Shown here one piece after another: positions 1-12,545 of a stretch of 64,000 nucleotides of DNA (the stretch's first letter is position 1; every line of letters starts with the position of its first letter). The stretch lies in contig OZ316893.1 of NCBI GenBank assembly GCA_973895155.1, forward strand, positions 21,808,955-21,872,954, in the 5' to 3' direction. The DNA is from Marsupella aquatica. Taxonomy: Eukaryota; Plantae; Marchantiophyta. A program made the translations under genes and the position numbers. The notes beneath the pieces were generated by a model, which was not told where the DNA came from, searched no databases, and was given only the letters and a program-made list of their open reading frames with translations.

Positions 1-1768
1 TGGTCCACAGCAAAGGATTTGACCAGGTTTGTTCTCTATACCGACCACCAGCCCTTGAAGTGGTTGATGACCAAAGACAAGCTTACTGGCAAGCTTGCTC
101 GTTGGGCTCTCATACTCCAGGAGTATGATTTTGAGGTTATTCATAGGCCTGGTGTGACACATCAGAATGCTGACACTATGTCCCGTAGCCCTTTGACTGC
201 CTCTGATGATTCCTCAGATGCACGGTAGGATTTTGATCAGGGTTCCATCCTGACTATATTTCATGCATCTACCTATCTTGCTTTGCTGCCATGCTACGTT
301 GTTGACCAACCTGTGGTGGACATATGGGAGGACAACGATACTCTGAGATTTCTGCAGCATGGGGAATATCCCACACATGTCACTGCAGCCCAAAGAGACC
401 AAATTCAGCAAAGGTCCAAGCGTTACTTGTGGAAGGGAGATCATCTTGTGCGCTGCTTGCCAGATAGGGAAGTGGTGGTTCCACCCATTCATGAGAGGGT
501 TGGCCTTATTCGTAAGGTACATTCTGAGCTTGGTCATTTTGGTGTTAAGAGGACTTATAACCTCTTGGTCCTCCATTATCATTAGAGAGGCATGCATGGC
601 CAGGTTCAAGATGTTGTTGCCCGATGTGAGCAGTGTGATAGGGTAAGGACTTCTTTCACATCTCGGCAACCCACACTTCATCCACTCCCTATTCAGGGCA
701 TGTTTTATCGTTGGTCATGTGATTTGGCTAGAGAATTACCCCTCACATCTTGGGGTAATCTCTACATCATGATCATGATAGAGCATTTCTCCAAGTGGAT
801 AGAACTTGTGGCATTGCCGGATAAGACCTCCCGTAGCACCAGCCAGGCATTCCTGCAACAAGTTCTCAGCCGCTTTGGAGCTTGTGCCGAATGTCTCACT
901 GACCAAGGCTCAGAGTTTAGAGGAGAGTTCCAGGAGCTGCTTGATCAGGCCCTCATTGATCATCGCCGGACATCACGAGATCACCCACAGGCAGATGGCT
1001 TGGCAGAGCGCATGGTTTAGACATGCAAGAAGGGCCTTCGGAAGAACTGCCTCACCAAAAACAAGGAGGATTGAGACCTGGCCTTACCCTACATTGCTAT
1101 GGGGTATAGGATGTCCAGACATGCATCACTGTCTAACTTTTCTCCCTACTTCTTGTTGTTTGGTCGTCACCCAGTTCCACCTTTTGCTATTGCTGCTCAC
1201 ATGCTTCAGGTGGTGGACTTGGATTCAGCTGTGACTTGGTCTGATGTGATCTCTGAGAGGGCTGCCCTATTCAGGAGGGTTATGCCCATGGCCATGGAGA
1301 ATTTGGCCATTGCACAGCACAGGGACACACTACGTTATGCACACACACGAAGGGGCACTTTTCAGCCCAAGGTCAGAAAGTTTGATGTGGGAGATCTTGT
1401 GTACTTGCAGCGGCAAGCTAACGACACCCTGGACACCTCTACCAGTCGTACTATTCTCAGGGTTAAAGCTATTCGACTGTCTGGAGTGCTAGAGTTACAA
1501 GGGGCAGATGGACGCACAATTGCTGACAATGCCAAGAATTGCGCCCCTTGTCATCTGCCTAACCTGGATCCCACCATTGTGACTTCTATCTGGATCCCAC
1601 CTGTGGACTACCTTTTGCAAAGTGTGTTTGCGAATTGACGATGCTGACCAGATGCTGTTGTGTGATAATTGCAATGGAGGGTACCATCTTTTCTGCCTTC
1701 GGCCTGAACTTACCCAGGTGCCAGAAGGGTTATGGTTTTGCCCTTCCTATGCTCCACGTGCTATCTGA
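1..1768 (+). mobile_element. Decayed Ty3/gypsy LTR-retrotransposon pol 3' part: RNase H end, integrase (HHCC + DDE) and a C-terminal PHD finger
   Basis: ORFs at 19, 283, 592 and 1099 share one frame, broken by in-frame TAG/TGA stops. RNase H motifs YTDHQPL / ARWALILQEYDFEVIHRPG / NADTMSR are followed by integrase H..GHFG..CEQC and CDL..TDQGSEF..GLAERMV. The RH-then-INT order indicates Ty3/gypsy. A PHD finger lies at 1616-1768 after a +1 frameshift. Confidence 0.93.
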
Positions 1769-2131
1769 CTTTTCTTCAGCCCTCCTTTTGGCTGTAGTCT
1801 GGGGGGATATAGAGGTTTACACCTCCACTACGTACATACCACCTCATTTGTTTTTTCTTGGCACTTGTGAATGTGATTGGACTTTTTCTATGCATGTTGG
1901 TTGCTAGCAGCTTGCACATATGCATTGCCGATGACTTGTATATTTGCGATACACTATGGCTACGATACTATATGTCACGACAGCTGTCATGCTGAGGGAT
2001 AGTGCCTCTTGTGCACATCGGCATGTCCCTCGCATGCCCGCTAGGTATAGTTAGGGCTAGTGTACTACTTGAGTTAGTGTCATGTTCTTGTAGCGAGTCT
2101 GGGCCATTCTTGAAGCAAAGGTGTTTGTTAG

Positions 2132-2744
2132 TGTGACGCCTGGACCCGATCCTACTTAGGGCATGCTTTTCTTTGTCATTTTTCAGTTCTTCTTGAATCG
2201 CTGTTGACAGAACTCAAACAGTGCTCGTCGGTTCCATACACGGGATTGACATAGTGATTCATTAGATGCTCATTTATTTTTCTCTCTTTGAGTTCGGAGT
2301 GTCCTCGCAAGTAGTTTGTATCTAACTGGTTTTATTAAGATCCTAGGGCAGTATTTAAACCAGGCTCAAACCATTTTAAATCTGAGTTTTGAATCTAGTT
2401 GCAGTGCAGAACGTCTAGATACTTCAGTCGGAGGGCCTCGCCACTCATGACTGTTGTCTTTTGAATTCTCCGTGTCTCCTTCTCTCTCCTGCGTTCAGGA
2501 CTAGGAGTGTTTAAGATGTGTCTGACTCGATCGGAGTAAATAATACGAAATCATTGTGTAACTCTGGCTTAAACTGCCATGATTGTTCGTTCTCTCTAAT
2601 ACGCACTCACACATTCAAATTAAAGAAATGGAATCTTTGTCTGGTGGTTTTTTTGCTTAAATTGCGTTTCTATTGACAAAAAAAATTTGCTTTCCAGACC
2701 AAAAACAATTCTCGAGTTACTGTCTAGTGAGGGCTACAGTCACA
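2132..2744 (+). repeat. Possible 3' LTR of the gypsy element
   Basis: Bounded by the inverted termini TGTGAC (2132-2137) and GTCACA (2739-2744) downstream of pol. There is no clear polypurine tract immediately upstream, and the partner LTR is outside the window. Confidence 0.35.
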
Positions 2745-4600
2745 TTTAATTTCCGCCTGTATCTCAGCCCATCGTCTGCCGTTGGTTCCAGCTCTCCTTA
2801 CGTAAATGAGTGAAAAGAGAACCCTGCAGTCTAAGATTGGCGAATCCTGACGCATGCTTACGGACAACTGTACACAGTTCTAGTTGAGATGACTTATGCA
2901 GATTCAGCAAAGAACGAAAGACAGAATGTGTCCTCCAAAGTCTTAACGGAAGGTGAGAGAAAGCTCGTTACATTGTCCAGACGAGTCACCAACTAATCTG
3001 TTGATTTGGCTGGTGCGAACGACAACATGGTACAATTGCTGCATGCTTAATATCGAACAATGTTCATCTGGCATATTAATTCAATCTGCAGGACGGAGTT
3101 GTAAGCTCCAATTTATGAACCCCATTGATCATAAAATTTATCCCAGGCACTTCTCAAGATCTGTCTGTATAACGAACGTCTGTCTACCTACAGCTGCACC
3201 TTCTCACAATTGGCCAGGCTTGAGCTAGATGTTTCTCGCTTGTGTATTGAATAATGTCGTAGTTTTCACGATTGGGTTAATTTTAATTAGATCTGTTGAA
3301 CTGTACGTACTCACTGGCATTTGATTTCAACCTGCACGGGTCGATGACCAACAATGGAATATATTGAAATGTTAAATGAACATGAAGCTGCTCTCGCCGG
3401 TTTTTCGTTTGATAATAAATCACCTTTTAGGAAAATGATGGATAATACACCTACCGAGACGAAAGCCAAACGTGTTTCCCGTGTACGTGGACGTATTGAA
3501 CCAAAATAATCTCTAAAATTTAAATCTTGATACAACGATAAACGAGGGAAGATCAAACAAATGGTGAGCACCCATCCCTTGAAAACAAGGACTAGCTGCG
3601 AACATCTCAAGCAAAGGTTCAAAACGACTCAGTTCAAGAGGTTACACCATACACACATTTGACAACACATTGAAGGCATTCTGTTGGTCCCTGCCTCGTG
3701 TGATTCTTTTACACAGTCAAGCAAGTGGATGAGGGGCGGGTTGGATTTAAGAACTGAATGGACATCAATCCCAAAATCGTACTCTCTAGCAAATGCTGTC
3801 ATCCCGAGTGCCAATCTCTGACCAAGAGCAGAGAGCTCTCTTATACAAAGGCCACCGACGAGATTAACTCTATCTCCCATGTTCGAGGTTTGTTGAGACC
3901 GTTCCGCCATTACCAATACCTTATGCAATTGATTCAGAAGTATTGAAGACTTTCGCAAATACATTACACTGAATTGACAGGTTAGTACAAACATAGCCAA
4001 ACGATCAAGAACGTCAGCTTTCAAATATCCAAGCCTGTGAGCAACACGTTGCTGCAAGCACTCACGAGCAATGGGGCCTATGAGTGGGAATCTTACAACG
4101 AATGTTGCCAGGCGATCAAGCATTGGAGATCAGATTGGAATCAAGCATGTGAGGAAATTTGCAAATGAGATCAAGCCGATAAATACATTCTATTCAGTCA
4201 TCATGCAAAGCGGTAGTTCGATTTCAGAATGATTTGCATACTTCAAACTCGGGTCAGGGGTGGGCTTTTCCAGTGCAGTTGAGATATCCAAAGGGTATCC
4301 AAATGATATTTATTGAGTGAACGAAAGCGACTGCCATTATAGTACATCAAATTGAGGCTCCTCAAAGATTATCGCCGCAGCTACCTACCGACAGCTTTGT
4401 GTACACAAAATTTCAACACCAAGAGGCTAGAGGCTGCCCACTCGAGACCCTTTACCAATTGCTAGTCTCTCAGGGATGGTTGGTATATCGTACAGTTTGG
4501 TTAGGGTCCGAGCCAATGAGCTATCTACAGCTACAGAGAGCTCTGTGTACACAAAAATTTACCACAGCTTGCGATTCATGGATTTCGCATCAATTACAAT

Positions 4601-5656
4601 TTACTTGGGAATGGTGAGGGTGTCTCCTGCCACGATGTAATCTGCATTCCAGATACCGTTTTCTGATTTCAACTCGTCAATGGATACTCCATATCTCCTC
4701 GAGATGCCCCAGAGAGTGTCACCACGAACGATGTAATACTCTTTGTAGGCTTTCTTCGGTTTACCTCCATGCGGTTTCCCTCCCGGTGCCAGCTTATGTA
4801 CCTTGTTTGCAACTGCAGCACCTGCCCTCTCCACTTTCCCTTCAGCCGAAGCCAGGCCTTTCTGGATTGCCTCCTTCTCCCTGATCAACTCCTCATCCGC
4901 TTTGTCAAAAAAGTTCTTCCCCTTCACCTCAGCAGATTTCTCACCATCCTCTACAGTTCTCTTCGTCTCCTCCTTTGCCTTCTCTGCCTTGGCTGCAGCC
5001 TCGTCCTTCTCCTTGTTGGCCTGTCCGCCGAGCCAACTAAACCAGCCGCCCCACTGCTGCTGGGTTTTACCCTCCTGCACGGCTGCTTTCTCCCTCCCCT
5101 CTTCCACAGCCTCTTTCACATCCTCCTCCGCTTCTTCAGCGGCGTATTTCGCCTCTCTTCTTTTCTCATCAGCAGCGTATTTCGCCTCTCTGCCTTTCTC
5201 CTCAGCGGCGTATTTCGCCTCTCTGCCTTTCTCTTCAGCGGCGTATTTCGCCTCTTTGCCTTTCTCTTCGACACCTCCCTTGAATTCTCCAGCTTTCTCC
5301 TTGGCAGCTCCAAACTTGTCCTTGACACCTCCCTTGAATTCTCCAACTTTCTCCTTGACACCTCCCTTGAATTCTCCAACACCTCCCTTGAATTCTCCAA
5401 CCTTCTCCTTGACCCCTGCCTCGAACCTGGAGAGTCCATCAGGCTTTCCAATATTGATCTGCTCATGGAAGGGCTCCCCTTTGGGATATCCGTGTGCGCG
5501 CTCCTCCTTCTTGCCCACAAAGACCGACTTGTACAAGCTGTACCCAATTCCCGTCGCTATAACGACAGCCGTGACTTTCACTATGGTGTCATCCTTCTTG
5601 TCATCCCCCTTCGGTGGACCTTTCGCTGCCGCCCCGTTCCCATGCGCTCCAGACAT
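4601..5656 (-). CDS. Intronless protein with an N-terminal hydrophobic anchor, LEA-like 11-mer repeats and a C-terminal LysM domain
   Basis: ATG at 5656 (MSGAHGNG). Hydrophobic stretch IVKVTAVVIATGIGYSLY, then 11-aa repeats GGVKEKVGEFK and AAEEKGREAKY, then LysM consensus YYIVRGDTLWGISRRYGVSIDELKSENGIWNADYIVAGDTLTIP. Confidence 0.88.
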   Translation of the reverse strand: MSGAHGNGAAAKGPPKGDDKKDDTIVKVTAVVIATGIGYSLYKSVFVGKKEERAHGYPKGEPFHEQINIGKPDGLSRFEAGVKEKVGEFKGGVGEFKGGVKEKVGEFKGGVKDKFGAAKEKAGEFKGGVEEKGKEAKYAAEEKGREAKYAAEEKGREAKYAADEKRREAKYAAEEAEEDVKEAVEEGREKAAVQEGKTQQQWGGWFSWLGGQANKEKDEAAAKAEKAKEETKRTVEDGEKSAEVKGKNFFDKADEELIREKEAIQKGLASAEGKVERAGAAVANKVHKLAPGGKPHGGKPKKAYKEYYIVRGDTLWGISRRYGVSIDELKSENGIWNADYIVAGDTLTIPK

Positions 5657-6009
5657 CTTCCTTCCCCTTCCTCTCCTCCTCCACCACACTCAACTCAACT
5701 CACCACCACTCACTCCACTGAGACGGCAGCAGATTCCAGCTCGGCGCGGCCAATTCTCTCGACCGATCGTGCGCACAAAGCGAGCAGAATGAAGAACTCG
5801 AAGCCTGGATCACAACCCACCACGGGGAATAAAAAGAACTCGAAAAACCTAAAATTGAATTCCAATCTCGATCAAGAAACTGTGCTCGACTCTATTTGGA
5901 ACAATTATGTTGGTAAAATATATTGGCGGAGTCTATATGTGTATGCAACTCAAATGTCAATATGCCCGGACGAACGAAGCAGTGCCACGGCGCAACGAGG
6001 GCACGACCA

Positions 6010-6414
6010 ACGTGTCGACCGCGGAGAACCCACCCGTTATCCGCAAACCCTCGGTCTCCACTGACTCTGCCTTGGTATGGTCGCGCAGAGCCAATCCCCG
6101 TGTGCCACGATTGCAAGCTTCATGGTTTTATCTGGCCCGTGGTGGCCCGCAATTCGCCCGCTCTATCGTCCCCTCGTCTACTGTAGGCGTCTTCGCCGAG
6201 AGCCCGTGTATACATGACTGTACAGTGGAGAGAAGCTACACTACTAGAGAAGGGAGCTTGAAGAGGAGGAGAGAGGGGAGAGTACAAGAGAACGTCAGCT
6301 TTTGCATTCTTATACATGTCATTGTTCATTCCATACCGCAAACAAAAATTATTAGGTTCAACACATGTATTAATATCTAACTCCTTTTCCCTAATGTATA
6401 TAATAGATCACGTG
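6010..6414 (-). promoter_or_regulatory. Candidate ABA/dehydration elements upstream of the LEA-LysM gene
   Basis: ABRE core ACGTGTC at 6010-6016 and G-box CACGTG at 6409-6414. These short motifs could occur by chance but fit a LEA-type gene. Confidence 0.35.
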
Positions 6415-6451
6415 TGCAAACGACACATTGAATCTATAAGGACGGACAGTA

Positions 6452-6657
6452 TGCCTCTAACATGGAGTCTATGATATGTCGAGCATAGAGCATAGCTAAC
6501 CCCCATGGATTACTAGACCAAAGTAATCCACTAAAGTAATCTACTAATCTGGTGCCTCTGACATGGAGTCTATGATATGTCGAGCATAGAGCATAGCTAA
6601 CCCCCATGGATTACTAGACCAAAGTAATCCACTAAAGTAATCTACTAATCCGGTGCC
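6452..6657. repeat. Near-perfect tandem duplication of about 101 bp
   Basis: tgcctct(a/g)acatggagtctatgatatgtcgagcatagagc...ctactaatc occurs twice in tandem. Confidence 0.9.
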
Positions 6658-9169
6658 TTCATTCAGCCCCTGTCATTGGATAGAAAAAATGTAAAAAAAT
6701 ATCTTTTCATGTCCCAGGTTTTTGTAGCGGTGTCTAGACTGCTATGGCCCAGGCTAGGGAAAAGGGAGTCATGTCCTTATAAAACAAAATTGCATGGCCT
6801 ACAACAAAGATTCCTCCTTTTGGCATTCAAATTAGAAGACTAACACAACATGGAAGGACAAAACATAGCACTTGGTGGTTGGGTGTGCTCAATATTGCTG
6901 CACATAGAGGGCCTAGGTTTTTATCTCTGTCCATGAGCAAGTGTTGGACTTTGTCCCCTTCACAAGTGTGTGTGGCTTGGTATGCCGATGCTGGCACAAC
7001 ACAAATCCTTGTTTGCTAGTGTCTATGATTTGTTGTGCTCACTATGTGAGTGAGTAGGGAGCTTTAGCTCTGACATTACTCATTTTCCCAGATGTCACAA
7101 ATGTTTGAATCGTCCCTTTGTCCTAGGCTGTGTGTCTCCAGAATTCACTATTCATAAGTTGGGAAAACCGCGTTGCTATCGTGATGTTCTTAGGGTATAC
7201 ATGACCCTGGCGGCTGCCAACCCTACCTCGTGGATAGGTGGGGGTATTGTCCCAAGTTCCATGGGCTTTGTTTGTATATATACCTATATAGATATCACAT
7301 CTTGATAAGATCATGTCCCATTGTTACTCACTGCTATAAGTCATATATTCATAAACATAACCTCATAAATATCCATACACATAATTATCCATACTCATAT
7401 GCATATACATCTGCATAAACTCATAGATTCACATACTCATACCTCACCACCCAAGGCCATAAAGGATCATGCATTGGAGTATACTAGGTTGTTGATGAAC
7501 TCGTTCGGTTCATTTCATTCACTTATTTTCTTTATTGCATCCTGAGTCCATTATTCTAGACTATTGGGCAACCATAAAGTATGCATAGCTGGTCTTTGAT
7601 CCAGAAAGTGAGTACTTACAAACAAACAACCATTTATTTATGCAGCAATAGTGGTAATTTCAATTTACTAGTGCATACATCTAATTTCTGGGTAGACGAT
7701 TCACCTCGGAAGGCCAAACCACAGTATGCTCATGTGCCTAGTCTCAAGGCACAGAGTATTGACCATAGTTGTTCCTCAAGAATTATTAGACATAGATAAT
7801 CCACATCCCTGGTGCCTTCATTCAGCCCCCGTCACCAGGTAGAAAATGATTTGTATATAAATCTTTTCATGTACCATTTTTCTGTAGCTTGTCTGGACTG
7901 CCACGGGAGACACGGCCCAAGGAAGAGTGTATCGTTTAGTCTCTATCCAATCTATGTGAGTCAAATGCTTCTGAATGCATAAAGTGTTAAAGAACTGAAA
8001 GAAATTAGATTTTGCTTTTGTTGTACACCTTTGGACTGTTGCTACCCATTGGTGTTGTCAGTCAGTGGTCCCACAAGCCTGACAGTGGTCCCACAAGCCT
8101 GGCCTGGAGCAATGTACAGTGAGTCGCTTGTGTCAGCCCCACACAGTGTCAAACAGAACCCACTGGTGATGCCAATGTCTCACAACATCATTGTTCTCAT
8201 TGGAGTTGGCTGAATATTTGGTGTCAAATAGCTTCTCACAACATCTTTGCTTTCACGGGAGATAACAGAGTATCCAGTGTTCAACAACTTCCCAGAGTAA
8301 TCTTATTGTTCATTATGCTTTGGCTCCCTTGTGGTCATGCGTAGTACCCCCTATAGCAACAGAGGTTTTGGCAGATATCACAGTGACATGAAAACTTTGG
8401 CACCGTTATTCGGGAATAGTTTTAGGGCATGGGGTCCCAGACCTTTGTATACAGCACAATATTTGACTATTATTTATGCCCTATATTTTTATAAAAATTC
8501 ATATGTAGACTGAGGATTTTACATGTTCCAGGCCTGTATGACCGTAGTAACATCATAGTGTTAGGGTCCATGGTCAATTTTACATGATATCCATGTTTAT
8601 CATGTTATCCTTACAAGAGAGATTATAAAGAGTAATGTATACACACCCAGTCAAGGCCATGTCAAGACAAAACCATATCCACACACATCTCATGGTTTAG
8701 TCACACAGATTGGTAGAGCGAATATCTTTATCATATATGATATGCACCAAATCATTATTGTCAGACATTCACAAGTTACCGAAAGCACATGGTTTATCAT
8801 GGGAGGATAGTGGAGGGTTGACAAGAAGCTAACAGGTGGGGGTTGACAAGAAGCTAACAGGTGGGTCACACTAATAGTAATGATATTCTAAATAACTAAT
8901 AATATGAAAAGATAAAAAAGTGGCATCATGACAGGTGTTGTAACAAAACATAGCATTATGTGATGCATGTATTCATGCATCAATGACAGGCATTTAATCA
9001 AAGTGAAAAAAGTATGAGGAGAAAAAGTATGTCATTGGTGTTAGCACATGCGTAACTCTACAACATGGATGACAAAACCAAAAAGAAATTAGCACAGGTT
9101 AGTATCGAAACAATCATTGAAGAAGAATATATTTTCTTTACAATAAAGACTTGTCTTGATCAGATCAAG

Positions 9170-12100
9170 TTGTAAGATAGCGGTTCATCATATTTGTATG
9201 TCATACAGATTGATGTAGACCATCATCCTGAACTGGAAATGTAGGTGACACAGGCTACATTGCAAGCCCCATGGTCGTCTTTGAGCCCTGTCACACCATT
9301 TAGAGTGGTAATAAAGTATATCGTACTATCTAGGTATAGAGATTTTGTATGTGTGCTACATGAACACTATGTTTAGTTTGAGTTGGTGTGAGGGATAGTT
9401 ATCCCCTTGTGTTGGCTCAAAGGCCTCATCTTTCAATGTTGAGCCTTTGAGCATGAGTTTGGTGGCTATGGTGTGGCTGACCAGGTTGTGTGCATGTAAC
9501 GTGGATTCCTTGAAGCACAAGGTGCGTTGGGCTTGACATACATGTGTGATCGCGTTGGATGGGATCGTTGTTGGATTAGCACCGATCGTTGTTCGATTTG
9601 CACTATTGAAGAAGATTATTGTGGGTTTTGGGCATGTATGGACATGGGTTCCATTTGTAGATCATTCTCTTAGGTTTGTGTCGTTAGATTGTGACTATGC
9701 TTGGATATGTGTGACAAGCGATGTATGTTGTGTAGCGATGTGTATGCGCACGACAGCCCCCATCCATGGGGTGAATCCAGTCATACTCAGGATAGATTCA
9801 AGCTACACGAAAACTTCTGCTACCAAAGCCCAGGCGGTAACGGGGAGACGTGTAATCAGTTCAAGGCTAGCACAAAATGAAATCATATAGCATAAAAAGA
9901 AGAGAGAAGGCCATACTTGCTGCGCCCAGGCCATTTTTTGTGTACTGGAGTTGTATAAAAAATCACGTTGATTGACTTGAACGCCTTAGAGTGTGATGTA
10001 CTCAAAAAAAATGTACCACAAGAATCTATAGTTTAAATGATGTGTATGACAAAGTGCAGTCAGAAAGTGTGTTAGTGCAAGATATGAGAGTGCTGTGCCT
10101 AGAGAATAACTATAAAGAGTGGACAATGTGCTTTATAGAAGGTTTTGTAGGACATGTATTATTTTAGGTTTTCTTTGTGGGGTCCATAACTCTATGGTGA
10201 CCGTAAGATCTAGGGTATTTTATTTGAGTGGTAGATGTGCTAGCATCTTTTAGCGTTAAGATCAAATGGTGGTGCGTGTATCAGAAAAATACTATATTTA
10301 CTTAGGTGCGTAAATGTAGGTATGAGTCCAAAATACTCATATTTTATATGTGCAAGCATGTACATAATTTAAAGTGGGCAGTTCAATACATTTTCTTTTG
10401 TCCAGAGAGATAAGTGTAGAGTCCTAACACCCATTCAAGGCCACGATCACAGCTAGGCTAGCTTTAACACATTCTTGACCCTGTAGCATTCTCAAAAAGA
10501 TAGTTGTGGTTTTAACTTTTATGTCAGACATACACCTTGTCACTCGTAGCCTAGAGTCCTTGCCAAAGCACATATGATCAAAAAGCTATGAAAAACAGCC
10601 GAATGTCAGATGCAAGGCTCCAGGAAAATATCTTCATTTATAAAGTCAAAAAGAGTTCTTTGTCATGTCAAGTGTGTAAAAAGTTAAAAACAGAGCATCT
10701 TTCTTAAACTGTGAGTATAATGTACAAGCATGCAGTGACCTTTTCTTAATGTGCGGAGGCCAATATCGCGTACTGTCATTCACCAGATGTTAGTCCACAA
10801 AAGATTAGTTCATAACAGATAAGGTTAGGTAGTATTCATTTACAAAAGTAAATGAATCTATAATGCAGTGTATCATTACTGGGTTTCAGTCAGTTTGATG
10901 TAGACCATTATCTAAAGTGAAGATATGAGTGAAACGGCTCATACCACAGCCTCGAGGTTGTCTTTTAGCCCCCATCCTCAGGGTGAATCAGGCCATAGAC
11001 CAGGATTCGAGTTATATGTTTCTGCTGCCAGTAGCCACGGCGGCAACGGGGAGACGTATATCCACTTTAGGCTAGCATTGCAAATGAGATTAATCTATTA
11101 AAAGATGGTACCATGGTGTAAGATTACATACCTGCTGACTTCGTGCCATGAGAGGTCTTTGTGCTGTTGGAAGGTGCTGGCGAAACTTGTTAGTAGATGT
11201 CTGTGCAGTACCTGCTAGTCGTTCGTGCTGCACTTAGCCTGGGTCTCTGCTAAATGTGTCACGGTAGTAAAGGACTTAAAGTAGAGTTCTTGGCACATAA
11301 GTGTGTGGCCAGAGGAAGAGAGTGGATGCATCAGAGAATGTGTGAGAAAGCGTGAAGGAATCAAACAGAGCACAGTGACTTGAGATGTGACACTGAACCT
11401 TTCCTGCCTCTCACATATACAGTTGGGACATTTGGAGGGAAATAGGAGAGCCAGGGGATGTGGGTACGTAACTTTTTTTAGGGCAGCTGCCAAAGTGGGG
11501 GCTATTTCAATCACTATGTACGCTTGTCCTAGTTATGTATAGGTATATCGGTATCCAATATGTGTCCTATATTTTCTGGATGGATGAGTATGGTATATCT
11601 TTATTTGTTTATACTATAATGTTATTTTATACCTGGTTTTAAAGATAACCTAAGATTAGCCATACCCTTACTAGACCAAAGAGAGAGAGCTGTAATTTAT
11701 ATTTGTAAAACACCCAATCAAGGCCATGAACAAAGCAAAGTGTTCATAAGATATAGACGAGCCATTACATCACTATGAAAATTGTGGGGCAGAGTTTTTA
11801 CGCAGATATCCACCTTACCATTCATATCCAGGTAGACTACACGGTGAAGCACCTTACAACATGATTGGTAATGGAGCGGCACATGACTTATGAGGACAGG
11901 AAATAACAAAAGCATATAAATTTTAAAGATCTTGTTGGGAAAGGCTTTCTTGATGTATAATTATCTTTTCTGTTCTTATTCATGTACATGCATACTGCGC
12001 TATTGTGGGGTCCAGAGGAACAGTAAAAAATATTCTAGCCATTCTACTTAGCCACGCCTGTGTACAGTTTCTAGAAAAGCATATATCCCCTGTATCACAA

Positions 12101-12545
12101 ACATAAAGCAATCTCATGGAATATTGGCTAGTCTGTCCTAGTTGTATGATGTGAGTATCTTTGTTATAGAAAGTATCATAGGGCCCACATTAGTAAAATA
12201 GAGCATATAGGATGAGCATGTTAGTATTTCTTCTAAAAGCCCTTATATAGAAATAAGTGCAACGTCCAAGCGGTGCATCAATACTGTGACTCAAGCAGTA
12301 TGAAGTGGACCCTCATCCAGAGTGAAAAAATGGGTGAGACAACCCATAATGCTCCCATAAGGTCGTCTTTCAGCCCCCATCCTTAGGGTGAACCAAGTTT
12401 AAAACTGTGATTCCTGCTACATGTTTCTGTTGCCAGTAGCCGCGGCGGCAACGGGGAGACGTGTATTACCTCGAGACAGAAAAATTCCTAAAATCAAAGA
12501 TTAAGTGCAGCTGCCATACCTGTTGGGGCTGTGCCATGAGAAAAA
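9170..12545 (-). pseudogene. Three degenerate copies of an exon-intron-exon unit of unknown identity, probably a transposon relic
   Basis: The block ...agccccccatcc..gggtgaa...ggcgg(c/t)aacggggagacgt recurs at about 9755-9855, 10965-11060 and 12370-12465. The 11 and 12 kb copies translate on the minus strand to TSPRCRRGYWQQKH. Confidence 0.5.

Noticed and set aside
3311-4123. Minus-strand ORFs of 164 aa and 103 aa with a short internal repeat (LDRLA.FV)
   Set aside because: I recognise no domain and could not build a consistent exon chain; possibly a gene relic but unsupported.
4769-6064. Long plus-strand ORFs (431 aa and 329 aa)
   Set aside because: They are antisense shadows of the repetitive LEA-LysM gene, low complexity and without motifs.
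6375-6410. Helitron-like 5' end (TCTATTATATA on the minus strand)
   Set aside because: No matching hairpin plus CTRR 3' end could be identified.
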